A stretch of DNA of 61,972 nucleotides from Octopus bimaculoides. Lineage: Eukaryota. Below are positions 49,565-61,972 of the stretch, piece by piece. Every line of letters begins with the position of its first letter. The first letter of the stretch is position 1. The notes under the pieces were generated by a model. It had not been told where the DNA came from. It made no database searches and worked only from the letters and a program-made list of their open reading frames with translations. The position numbers and the translations under genes are program-made. The stretch is from contig NC_068987.1 in assembly GCF_001194135.2 (NCBI RefSeq), forward strand, positions 37,438,867-37,500,838, in the 5' to 3' direction.

Positions 49565-49945
49565 ATTAATATGTTCTATTTAAAACTTGGCACAATGTTG
49601 GCTATTGTGTCTGGAGATAGTCTATTGAGCAAATCTTCAAAATGCTCCTTCCATCGATTTTTTTTTGTTCTAGAATTGATGTTAGCGTCCTGCCATCCTT
49701 CCCTTTTACTGCCTTTTCTACCCTTACTCACTTCCCGGATAGTAATTTAGTTGTGTTGTACAGTTCTTTCATGTTCTGGCGCTGAGCTGCACTTTCTGCT
49801 GTCGTTGCTAAATTTTCGAAATATTTTCGCTTGTCTCTTCTTAATTGTTTTTTAACTTTCTTATTTTGTTGGTTGTAATTTCGCTGACACCTATGTATCT
49901 CTACTTCTAAGCTTGCCGATAGTAATTTCACCTTTAGCTTCTTTC
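49565..49945 (-). mobile_element. RTE-clade LINE fragment (EN-RT linker)
   Basis: RRDKRKYFENLATTAESAAQRQNMKELYNTTKLLSGK…RWKEHFEDLLN. Confidence 0.75.
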
Positions 49946-50225
49946 TTACTTCTATGGCAAAGAACGAATCAAGTTTCGATTAGGGAGCAAATTTTTAACA
50001 AAAAGTGGAAGTGGATTGGTAGCACAATTAGAAAGGACCCACCAAATGCAGCGAAAAGTGCTTTACAGTGGAATCCGGATGGATATAGAAAGAGGGGTAG
50101 GCCTAAAAACTCGTGGCGTAGATCAACACAAAGGGAACTAGAGAAAGGAGGACATTCATGGCAGAGTATAAGTACAGAAGCGAAAAATTATGCGACAAGG
50201 AATTCAATTATAAGTGGCCTATACT
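49946..50225 (+). mobile_element. RTE-clade LINE 3' end
   Basis: LWQRTNQ.SIREQI..KKWKWIG..IRK…ALQWNPDG.RKRGRPKNSWRRS. Confidence 0.8.
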
Positions 50226-50279
50226 CCGCGTTGGAAGGTTAAAGACAAAAAAAAATATGTTCTATGTGATTGATGTGTA

Positions 50280-50417
50280 GGCGCTTGCGTGACTCTGTAG
50301 TAAGTTTGCTTCCCATTCAATCCCACTGCATGGCATATTAGTATAGTGTCTTCTGCTATAGCTTCGGGCTGATCAAAGACTGGTGAGTGCATTTAGCAGA
50401 GGGAAACTGAAAGGCGC

Positions 50418-50482
<65 letters not shown>

Positions 50483-51035
50483 CTAAAATTTGCTCCCCAC
50501 TAACTGTTACTGTATGAGCTACAAGCACGTATATTGCTAGAAATAAGAGTTAAACCACTTATAGCTGTGTAAAAGTACATTTATATATACTGACGGGGTA
50601 GATGACTGTCCCATGAGCAAATCAAATCAAGACTACTGGACTGCATAGTTTCATCTAAATGGGAATTCTCAACATTGGTTCAATGGAACAGCTAATTTTC
50701 TGTCAGTATCAATATATTTGCCATATATATTTATGGCTGATTTATCGAAATGACAAATTGTGCGCCCACATTATTTTAATACTATGTTGTGCGCGCGCGC
50801 GCGTGCGCGCGCACGCGTGTGTGTTTGTCTTTGCCATTGTGATAACCGGTGTTGATGTGTTTATGTTTCCGTAGCTTAGCGATTCGGCCAAAGAGGCCGA
50901 TAGAATATGTAGCAGGTTTTTAAAAAGTAAGTGCCAGGGACGATTCAACCTACTAAAAATTCTTCAAGTCGGTGCCCAAAGATTTCCACAGTCTAATGAT
51001 TAAAACAAGTAAATGAATAAAAGAATAAAAGAATG
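50280..51035 (+). mobile_element. Old SINE family A copy, halves (50280-50425, 50820-51035) separated by microsatellite and extra sequence
   Basis: Both halves are recognisable and collinear. Confidence 0.6.
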
Positions 51036-51402
51036 CAGCATATAATATATATTCGTATGTGGCATAAGAGAATTCAGGTTGGTATGTATCACATGATATA
51101 ATAAAATTTAAATGGCAATGCCCGAGCTAAACAGATTCAAACAGTTACGATATATACGTACACATATCAGTACTCAAATTATTTATTTCTTTGAGTCATT
51201 AGAATAAATGATAAAGTGACTAAATTGTATTTCGATCCATCTGACTATAAACGCATACACGCACATATAAACAATCCACTTAAAAAGATATAGGCATTAA
51301 CCTTTAAAAAAATAACGATATTAAGAAAGAAGCGTTTTACCGGACACTATCGTTCACAAAATCTACACTATACACAGATATGAACCAGCGCATCCACACA
51401 CG

Positions 51403-51466
<64 letters not shown>

Positions 51467-52714
51467 TTCTCTCTAACGCACTAACTCAGACACGTTCTCT
51501 TTAACACATACTATACAACAGAAACAAGCCCACACTCACGAACGCACACTCTTACATGTACACCGCCAACACACACATTGTTTCCTTTTTGTCTCTCTCT
51601 CTCTCTCTCTCTCTCACTCCGCCTCTGACACATACGTTCTCACCTAAATCCAACAATATAAGAAGCTACAAACTAAGAGACAGACAAACTGATCTGAAGC
51701 AGACCTGGAGTAGAGAGGGCATACCATTGATGAAGTCGCGAATGATGTCAAAAGGACTTTGACAAAGCTAACCGATTGATTAACCGAACGATTAATCAAT
51801 GAATTACTTAACAGGGCAGATAGTTAACTAATTGACAAAGGTTTTTTTTTAGAAATATTAATAAAGAAGTGAAACAGAATCAGTGCTTATGTTTATCATT
51901 GGAATAATGACCTCTCGAGATACAACAAAATATGTTTCAACACACGAATTCACAGCAAGTATCCTGTAAATCAAATATATAAAAGAAAAACTTACGTAAG
52001 GTTGGGTTTAAATACATATTTATAACGAATATTGACTGAATACAGAGACTAATATCTATTATATTTTATCAGCAGCAGCTTCAATGTTTTATTACTGGCA
52101 GTAACGTATTTAAACTGTTACATTTTGAACGAGTCATCACTGGTGAGACTCTGAAGACATTGTCCTTTCCATTTAGTATACATTTCGTATTCATAAAATT
52201 GCCAGTGGCCACCCGCGACCGATTATGACTTGGGAATATTACCATGCTTTCGTTAATTGCTTTTAGTGCTTAAGTATTCGTGAGTAAACATAGATATGTT
52301 CTCGACATTCTCTTTCTCTTGAGGGAGAGAGAGAGAAAAAGAAAGAGAGAAACGAGGAAAGGGAGAGAAAAACAGGGAGAGAGAGAGAGAGAGCGAGAAC
52401 TGCATAGAATGAAATGGAGACCCTTCTTCAAGTATACAACGCGTCGACTGGTCCAGAAATTGAACCATTGCTATATTGATCGCGAATCAAGCAACCTAAT
52501 CACTTGGTCACGTACCTTTACTCTTTTATATTCATTGATCGTATATGTGAATTCTATATTCATTGATCGCATATCTGACAGAAGCAATAATAGAGTGGTA
52601 AATGGCATAAATATTTTATTTTGGTTCAACTTCTCTTTAGCTATATGTTTTTGTAGTCAGTCACACACGCACACGTGTGTTTTTGTATGTACGTTTGTAT
52701 ACACTCATGTATTC

Positions 52715-52805
<91 letters not shown>

Positions 52806-52948
52806 TGAAAGGGTGTGTTGTCATATATACGTACATTCATAGATACATATGCGTACATCTTTTTATGTATGAGTGTGTGAGAAAGACAGAGAGAGAGTGA
52901 TGTCTAAGTGCACTCACTCTTTTTCTCTTTCTCTCTCTCTCTCTCTCT

Positions 52949-52986
<38 letters not shown>

Positions 52987-53558
52987 TACATACAAAAAAG
53001 ATGTACGCATATTTATTTATGCAAGTACGTATACATGACAACACACCCCTTCACTCACTCTCTCTCTCCCCCACACACACGCGCACATCCATTTCATATA
53101 CGCGTACGTACTTCCTGCTCTCTTTCACTTGAAGACGAAAGTAAATAAAGAAATTAAATTACGGAAATTAAAGAACAAAACCAGCTGTTAATTTTGGCAT
53201 TTCTGCGGGTTTAACCTAAAGAATGACAAAATATGCGACTGACAAAGAACATTTACCAGCAAATGCACAACGGCAGACAATATAAAAATTATTAGAATTG
53301 GAAATCAAATGTGAAAATATCAAGCGACTAGCAGAAAACCCTCCAGAGGGCGGACTTTCTGCTAGTATATGATAAGAAAAAGAACAACTTGATAAATGGT
53401 GCCACAGCTAACACATAACATTCAATTGCTGCTAAGAGTCTGTTATAGATATTTGTAATTCTGATTTCACTAAAGAAGGCCGTGTGACAGATGTTATTAA
53501 AGTGTATAATTTGAGGTGTCTACCTTCTCAAACTCAGAGAAACCACTTACGCCATATA

Positions 53559-53771
53559 CAATGGGGAGCTGAAAAGTTCCGGGCGTTGAGTAAAAGAAAA
53601 TACAGAGGGATCAGTTATTTATGATATTGTTCAACATATTCCCCTCTTAGATTCACACACTTATTGCAGCGGCCCTTCAATTTTTCTAGGCTCTGTAAAC
53701 TCGGGAGGTTGGGCCTTCAACCAGGCTTTTTGCGGTACCCTTAAAGCCAGGAACTTTTCAGCACCCCCTCG
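53559..53771. mobile_element. Mariner-derived MITE
   Basis: TIRs TA-CAATGGGGAGCTGAAAAGTTCCGGGC and GCCAGGAACTTTTCAGCACCCCCTCG. Confidence 0.75.
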
Positions 53772-54132
53772 TTCAACAAGACTGCAAATTTGGCAACTCT
53801 AAGCAGTGACCCAGGAGCCACGCGATTTTAGGAGTCCCGACATTCAGTTTTTAAAAATATTAAAGTTTATCATGAAATTCGTTTTATCTGGGACTTTGAA
53901 GTCTTGCCTAATCGTTTATTCCAGCAGCCTCAGGAAGTAAACTATCAAGCGAAACTTAGCGTCATTCAATACGAATTTTATATCAAAATTGATTCTATTT
54001 TAAGTTCTTATTTTTAAAAGTAACTTTAAATGCATATTTACGTTAGTTTATATTGATATCATTGTTGCTGCTACTGTTGTTGCTGCTTCTGTTGTTGCTT
54101 GCTCCTAATGTTGTTGTTGCTGTTGCTGCTGC

Positions 54133-54163
<31 letters not shown>

Positions 54164-55735
54164 GCTGCTGCTGCTGCTGCTGCTTTTGCTTGAAATCAAG
54201 CAGTTCTGTGGCACACAGCTGGTCAACCGAATGAATAATTGCGTGCCATAAGGCAGCTTGATCAGTTATACGGTGCTTCTGTCAGTGCGAGGATATCACT
54301 GAAACCCTAATATGCAGGGATGAAATGTGTAGGGTGCAGTGTGACAGTTCAGCTCCCTATTTTCCAGTCTATTTCTGTAAACCTACTGGTTCTGACAGTG
54401 GGCCACAATGGAGGTATGCAATAATTTACTAAACGTTCTTCCAATACACCAGAAAGTAATAAGAAATTAATTCAAATATAAATTATTGAATAATGAGCTT
54501 ATAAAATGAGATCTGAAGTCAGTGAATTGGAAGAAAAAGGTTAAAAGTAGGAATCCAGATTTTAAATAAAACGATGCATAAAAATGCAAGAAAGTAAAGT
54601 GTGTGCCTCATAAGATATTTCTACCGAACTGATTTTTTGTTGTTGTTTTTTCTTTTTTCAAGAAAGTGAAACATTTAAGGTGAAAGCATATCTTTCTCTG
54701 AACTCTCACCTGAGTAAACGTGGGGAAGTTGACGAAATATTTGTTGTCTGTTTTCTTTCGTTAGTCAGGTGAAAACACTGACTTTTATGAGTTTTGCTAA
54801 AGGTCTGAAACCAGGTCCAAAAATTTTTACTAACAAGATCTTATTGTTTGTTTGTTTATTTATTTATTTATTTATTTTTGTTCTTTGTTCTTTGAGAAGA
54901 AACCTAACTTCAAACTACTTTTTACAGATCACTTTTAGGCATTGTTTTCTAAATCTGAGAAAAGTAAGCAGGGCTACATATTCTGATTTTGCACTCCCAC
55001 AAAAATAGTAGGAGGAGGTTCGCTTGCACCCCTGCTCCCCTCTTTCCGGGCCCATGGGTATGAGCAAGGCTTGACCTGAGGATTTTGATTACAAGGAATT
55101 AATGAATGCATACAATTCTCAATGAAATCTGTGCTTCCTAGTGTTGAATTTGCACTCCAAATATTCATGTACATGATGGTAACCAATTTACCGAGGGACG
55201 TTCATTTTCTAGGTTGAAACTCACAAAGAATCCTCTTTACTGCACGACGGCTCAACAATGTTTGAAGTTGCTTTCGCTTATGTTCCTTGAAAATGATCTT
55301 ATAATTTTTCTTATAATTTTCTCAATGTACTGAGTGCGAGGAGAAAGGTTAGTAGCCTGAATACACTGCTTTGCCCGAGGGTTTCAAATACTAAGATGGC
55401 CCAGCATGAGATAATGCAGCACAAGATATATGACGAAGGTTAAATAACAATACATCAATGATTAAATAAAAAGAAAACAGTGAAGTGTGGGCTGATACAC
55501 TCAATGTACTCGCAATGAATACAAAAGTTGCTAATGTTGATGGGATAGCTACCAAGTGGTCACTTTTTTGACAGAAATAGCAGCCAAACCTCTGCATCCT
55601 ATATACAACTTTGAAAGAAAAGAAAGATAATGCAGTATTAAATAGGCAAATCCCAAAAGAAAGATGGAGTTGCCAGCGTTGGAATACCTTCACATATTTT
55701 CCCATCATAGTTGCACTCGTGGGTCAAATAATCAT

Positions 55736-56900
55736 ATCTAGAGGAGTACGTAGACGGTTCCGACCTTTCATTTCATCTACATTGAAAATCTTTATTTAAA
55801 ATTGAATATGTAATTCTGGCTGAATGGTGATTCACCTAACTTTGATAATATTCTATTTTAAAGGTTAGATTCTCATCATATTATCATCATTTACTTGCTT
55901 TTGTGCAAAAAATGTGTATATCGTGATCATTGTGTGCTTTGTGATTGCAGAGTGGTTTGAGTTAATTTTAAATGAACGAGAATAGTAATTTACTTACGCT
56001 TGTGTAAACTATGTTTATTGTGCTTATTGTGAGCTGTGGTCTGGATAAAGTTGTCTGTTTTTTTTTTGTTTTTTGTTTCCTTTTTTTTCTTTTTGTTAAT
56101 GAATGAGAATAGTAATTCTCAACATTAAATAATTCGGTATATTTTGATTAGCGAAATTATTAGACCATCGCAAGAGACGACAAATGGGCATTCGTTCCAG
56201 TTCTCTGCGTTATGAAATCTTAGGAAGTAGGTTTAATTTGTCACTCGGTTCAACACCATCAACAAATACTCGGTTACATTTAGTGGATTCCACTTCGTTG
56301 CAAGTGTTCTGACCAGGTCTCGGATTTGCTGAAAGCTTATTCCTTTCCTTGCATCTATTTTGAAGGCTTTGAGAAATTTAAAGGGCCATGGATGTTGCCG
56401 TTGTCTCTTCATTGGAAGGTAGATGTACAGGAAGTCTATCTGTTTCGGCTGTCACTTTTCTCGAATGACACTAATTCAACCTCATTTATATTGTTAATGC
56501 TCTTAAGCGAGGAATAAACATCACCCAAATTTATTTCATTATAGATTGTTTTGTCTCGTATTTCGGTAGTAAACTGCTGGTGTTACTAACGTTGTTTTAG
56601 TTGTTATTGTTTTCTTTCTGTTGTTTCAATTTTTGTTGTATCACATATTCAGATCATGTGCAACTAATTCAAAATTTCAGCAGCACTATCAAGGTTACAA
56701 TGTTTATTTCTGTGACAGGTTGTGGGTTATTGCCCGAAAAACTGAGAATTATAATGACATTGTTTCGTTCTCATATTACAAGAACTGCAAAAACGCGAAT
56801 GTGACTGGCAGATTGGACGCTGAAATCACTAGGAGCACGAGATTATGCTAGTTATGTAGAATAGTCTGGTTCTTAGTTGTCTGTATTATTACTGCCAATT
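55736..56900 (+). mobile_element. Highly decayed mariner-type element
   Basis: Fragmentary LGY..WIP (WVPHEL-like) near 56270-56300 and a degraded DNAR.H-like segment near 56750-56790. Confidence 0.4.
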
Positions 56901-57118
56901 ATAGAACTCCAAAGAATAAGCGGTATTACACGGTCCGACACAAAGAATTTTACCCCTGAGTAGCAGACGAACTACAAGGATATGTTGAAGTCATAATATT
57001 CTCTTCCTTGGAACAATGCACTGATTAAATTTTGAAGCTTCTCAGAAGAAATGATAAATTTTTGGCCATTGTATTCTTTATTAATCTCCTTAAATAAGTA
57101 TAACTGCATATTTTTTTA

Positions 57119-57336
57119 ACTCTTTTATTTGTTTTGGTCATTTGACTGCGGCCATGCTGGGGCACCGCCTTTGGTCGAGCAAATCGACCCCAGAACTTAT
57201 TCTTTGTAATCCTAGTACTTATTCTATCGGTTTTTTTGCCACACCGCTAAGTTACGGGGACGTAAACACACCAGCATCGGTTGTCAAGCGATGTTGGGGG
57301 GGACAGACACAAACAGACACGCATACATATAAACAC

Positions 57337-57367
<31 letters not shown>

Positions 57368-57610
57368 TACATACATATATATANNNNNNNNNNACATACA
57401 TACATACATACATATATATATACATATATGTATATATACACTTATATACGACGGGCTTCTTTCAGTTTCCGTCTACTAAGTCTACTCACAAGGCTTTGGT
57501 CGGCCCGAGGCTATAGTAGAAGACACTTGCCCAAGGTGCCATGCAGTGGGACTCAACCCGGAACCATGTTGTTGGTAAGCAAGCTACTTACCACACAACC
57601 ACTCCTGCGC
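57119..57610 (-). mobile_element. SINE family A, full-length reference copy (tRNA-like head, central microsatellite, CR1-like tail)
   Basis: Head GGAGTGGTTGTGTGGTAAG…GGGTTGAGTCCC, central (TATG)n, tail GGCGGTGCCCCAGCATGGCCGCAGTC. Confidence 0.9.
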
Positions 57611-58089
57611 ATAGTGACAAATATTCCATTCACTCACTCCGAGCAAAGACTAGTTAAAGACTTTTAACTTTCATGAATCAAAACTATTTCATTCAAAATT
57701 TACAATGGTTCACATAGTGCAGTCAATGCATTAACAGTATTTATGCTCAGACTAGAATATATACATACATGTGTGTATTCCATATATATCTGTGTGTGTG
57801 TGAGGGGAGAGAACATGTGTTTGTGCATGTGCGAGTGTGTGTCTAATTATATTCATTTATATGCATATACATATGTATATATCTGTTTGTTTTTATGTAC
57901 AGAGATATATAAAACAAGCATTAAATCGAAGTATCACTCAACTTCCAGTAGAGTAACATTTATTTTACACTTACAAAAGAAAAAGTTCATAATTACTTCG
58001 AAGTTTTAAATACATAGCTTTCATCAGATAATAAATTACTTTGGTTTTCCAAGTCTTATATATAAATTACGAGTGAGGTTTACACTGAT

Positions 58090-58460
58090 CTCAGTTTCTA
58101 AACTGAGCTGAACAAAGATTGTGCCATAAACATCAAACAGCCTTGCACAAAGTGGAAAATATACGAAAGGCGCTGGGCAAATAATCCTAACAAGTTTAAA
58201 ACCATCTGAGGCTGGAACCCCTGCCATATACACCTTACACAAATCGAACTTACAACACATAATCACATTGTGACATAACAATTTAGCTTTAAATGGACAG
58301 GTTTAACTTAACATTAGCTCGAAACAAATCAAGGAAGAAAAAATCCCTTAACTTCAAACGGTTCCTGGACAAATTCCTCCATAGAACACCTAACAAACTA
58401 CCTTTACATAGATGCGCTTAAGCCAACAACAATTCTCGATCTAAATGGGTAACGAAACAT
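58090..58460 (+). mobile_element. Decayed CR1-like 3' fragment
   Basis: FKRFLDKFL…PNK…NNS resembles the CR1 C-terminus. Confidence 0.4.
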
Positions 58461-58799
58461 ACGATCTGATCATGACTTAAACAACGTTACTAGGCGCTGT
58501 TGTAAATTTAGACACAGCTTCAACCAATATTTGCTAAAGCGTATCTTAGTTTATACATTCGTATACATACATATATACATGCATACATATATACATGCAT
58601 GCATACATACATATGTACATACACTAACATATACATACATAATAAATAAGTACATACATGTATACACACGCATACATACATACATACATACACATACATA
58701 CATCTATCCACACGCATACATACATACATACATACATACATACATACCGGTACAAGAGGCTAATTTTTTTAAATAGAAAACTCTTAATACGTATATTCA

Positions 58800-59760
58800 A
58801 AAGAATATGGAAGACCAGATTGACACTACATTGGCTTACCATAGCAGCTTCGTTTATGAAAAGTTGTTCGGCACATTCCCTCGATCCCTTCTTTCTACCT
58901 GCCAGTTCATCCTACACTATGTTGTTGGCTTCATAACGATCCTGGAAGAATTGACTGGAGCAGCTCGTATTCAGCTCGTACCCAAGCGATGGGCTATAGT
59001 CTTCTTTTATAAACGAAGCTGTACTGTCCGAAGTATGAAAACAGCCGTAGAAACCTGACAATACTGCTCAATTATAGGAAAGCATTTGACTCTATTCTCC
59101 ACTCATGGCTGCTGAAGTCTCTACACCTGGTAAAAGTACCTGCTACTTAGCTGCTGCTTCTAAGAGGCTCACAAAAATCTAAGCAACAATCATTATATAT
59201 ATAACTGAGAGTGAAACGATTAGTTTTGAAGTTATTTGTATATCAAAGGAAATATTCAGTCTGTAATTCTTTTAATTTGAGCATTAAATCCATTATAATT
59301 TCTGTTACAAAAGTCTAGTGGCTACATGCTTGGGTTGCGACTGCTAGAAATACTAATATAATCCTCCATTTTCTTTGTGGATGTCTTGAGAACCACCCTG
59401 TTATTGAATACTTGCATGTATATCAGCACAACAAATATTGGAAAAAACATTCCCATCAAAACTTCAGTCAAGTGAAAACAAATTGGGCCGGAAATTGTTC
59501 TTTGAGACAGACAGGAAAAAGAATGTATCATCATTGAAATTATCTGCACTGCTGATATGAACATCTCTTCTAAAATCAAAAAGAAAGAAAATAGCTATGA
59601 ACAACTGCTTCGAAACCTTTGCTTCTAAACCCAGATTATAAATTCACATTTATACAATAAAAATTGGTGCACTTGGTTTTATGAGTAAATGCTTAAGAGC
59701 CAATCTGGAAAAGCTGGAGTTTTCCTAAAATACAATCTGTAAGCTGAACAGCAAAAATAT
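58800..59760 (+). mobile_element. Decayed R4-clade element (RT fragment plus restriction-like endonuclease)
   Basis: NYRKAFDSI.HSWLLKSL near 59070-59130. PEIVL…CIIIEI.C.AD.NI..K…IGALG near 59490-59690. Confidence 0.7.
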
Positions 59761-59904
59761 GCAACTTGTTTTCTAGAATTCAAAATGTCAATTTGTTTTT
59801 GTTATTTACACTCCAATGATGGAGCTTTATATCTTTGTTAGAAAGTAGCTCCTTCATTGAAAGAAAACTTAAAAACAGAAGATAACACACACACACTCGC
59901 TCAC

Positions 59905-61870
59905 ATGATGATTGCCACTTCTTTACAGAAGAATGCCATCTCTTCAATTAATAAATACTGTCGTGAGATCTTACATGACTAGCAAGTCCTGTTCTTAACA
60001 AGCAAACTTTACTGCAGACCTTACAAATATTTCTAAGCAGATTAGTGTCTGGGATTGTAGTCAAGTCCTGTCTACGGAATGCTCGTTTCAAGATAGGTAG
60101 TTCAATTCTTCGAACTTCAAATGCTTTACATCTATTGTAGATCATTTGTTTCCAAACCGGTCGATCTTGCGTTATCTGCTCCTAGTCCTCAACTTTCACA
60201 TTAAGAGCTTTAAGGTTGCTTTTGACAGCATCCTTAAAACATTTCTTAGGTTTATGTCTCGGACATCTGCCACGCTGCAACTCCCCGTAAACAACTGCTT
60301 TGGCAACCTATCATCCTTCATCCTAGCAAGGTGCCCAACCCAACGCATCTGGTTACGTATGAGGATCATTTAAAAACTGGATATATTAGCATGCTGAAGA
60401 ACAACGGTGTCTGGTGTTAAAGACTTCTATTTAATGTCTAGTATCCGCCTTAGGCAAGTCTGATGGAATCTTCCTAAAGCCTTGATGTGACACCGATATG
60501 TCGTCCAGGTCTCAGAAGGGCACAAGAGAGCCGTTAAAATGCAAGATTCAAAGATACTAAACTTGATTTTGAAGGTGATACCTCTATCAGACCACACACG
60601 ATTTTCAAGCCTTCCAAATGCTTTGCTGACTTTTTCAATTCTCAGCTTTTATTTCAGAATCAAGGGATCGATCTCTAGAGAGAGAGAGTGCTGCCAACGT
60701 AGATGAACGAGTCAATCACGTTTAATCATGTACCCTGGACGAAGGTGTTAGGTTCCACATAGGGTTGGTCTGGTGGCTGAGAGAACATGATCATTGTTTT
60801 CTTTAGACTGATGGTGAGTCCAAAAGCGATACAAACTCTAGAGAAGAGATCCAATATAGCCTGAATGTCCCCCTCGGTGTGAGCAACGAGAACTACATCA
60901 TCAGCATAAAGGAGCTCTCGAACAAGGGCCTGGAATGTCTTCGACTTTGCATTAAAGCGTTTAACATCAAAGACCTTACCTGTGCTACTGAAGCCAATAT
61001 AGACGCCGATATCACAGTCTTGGAAAACGTGCAAGATACACCAAAATATATAGAAAAAAGTGTTGGAGCAGCAATATCACCTTGTTTAACTCCGTTATCG
61101 ATGGAAATTGGTTCCGATAGTGACTCATTGAAGTTAAGACAAGCTTACATATCACTATGAAGTTGCTTAAACAGATTGACAAATTGAGGTGGACATCCGA
61201 GTTTACCAAGAATGGTCCAGAGAACGATTCTAATAACAGTGTCGAAAGCTTTTGTTAAATCGACAAATACCTGGTAAAGAACCATGCATTTCTCCTGGAG
61301 GTGGCGAGCAGAAAAAAAACCATTTCCATTGTGCCACGACTTGATCTAAAACCACACTGACTCTCCGGGATAACATTGTTAGCCGATTAAGTAAAAGTTT
61401 TGCAGAAACCTTAGCGACTATTTCAAGCAGACTTATGCCTCTATAATTGCCACACTCGGATTTGGATACTTTTCGTTTGAACAATGAGATTAAAATGGCC
61501 TCAACCTAGTCCTGGGAAACAGGAGCACCCAACAAGATGTCTGATATTAGATGGTGGATCCCTACAGAAAGCCTATCAAGCCGTGGAGGAAAATTTCAAC
61601 AGGGATACCGTCAAGACCTGGTGCCTTCCCAGTATTTAATTATTTGATTATCTTTTTGATCTCATCTATAGTTGGATGTTCGATCATCTCATGAATGTTA
61701 TCCTTTTGGGGCAGATTACTGATGAAATTTTCATCAATAACTGAAAGACCATAAAAGAGATCAGTGAAGTGCTCGGTCCAACGTTTCATGATAACCTCAT
61801 GATCTTTGAAAAGAAAACAGCTGTCTTTAGACTTGAGTGGTTCCACAAATGAAGACCGAGGATCAAACAC
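59905..61870 (-). mobile_element. RTE (BovB-like) LINE, 5'-truncated, frameshifted, 3' end present
   Basis: RWTEHF; CGNYRGISLL; DLTKAFDT; RELLYADDVVLVAH; FGLTISLKKT; terminal C..C.K.C….GL.SH.RSH. Confidence 0.9.
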
Positions 61871-61925
61871 TTGTCCGATCAAGTGATATACACACACAAA
61901 TATAGACATACATACACACTTATAC

Positions 61926-61972
<47 letters not shown>

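Noticed and set aside
56621-56851. Terminal host exon (good acceptor at 56652, 76-aa ORF)
   Set aside because: It is better explained as part of a decayed mariner-type element, and the peptide has no recognisable features.

Overview
AT-rich eukaryotic genomic DNA with about 18 N-gaps, most flanked by microsatellites. The repeat complement (tRNA-derived SINEs, Penelope-like elements, RTE, R4, Tx1 and CR1 LINEs, Tc1/mariner) suggests an octopus or other coleoid cephalopod draft assembly; this is inferred, not tested. Almost all listed ORFs are microsatellite or gap artefacts, or decayed transposon fragments. Two unique + strand segments look like real host exons. The first (2728-2880) is a phase 1-1 exon with an acidic Ser-Gly motif and a KR site. 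The second (45349-45881) is a terminal exon encoding an anaphylatoxin-like six-Cys module split by a 106-aa insert. The two are phase-compatible across a ~42.5 kb TE-filled interval. The most distinctive non-coding signal is about ten hammerhead-ribozyme(-like) motifs from several families. They include one intact minimal type I hammerhead (39364-39398) and a self-complementary, circularly permuted, retrozyme-like unit (12745-13165). Other observations: a SINE sharing its 3' tail with a CR1 LINE in the same window, a Tx1 fragment within (TATC)n, R4/Dong elements at (TAA)n, and a CpG-rich promoter-like island at 25.8-26.6 kb. All calls were made by eye; TE boundaries are approximate unless termini are quoted.
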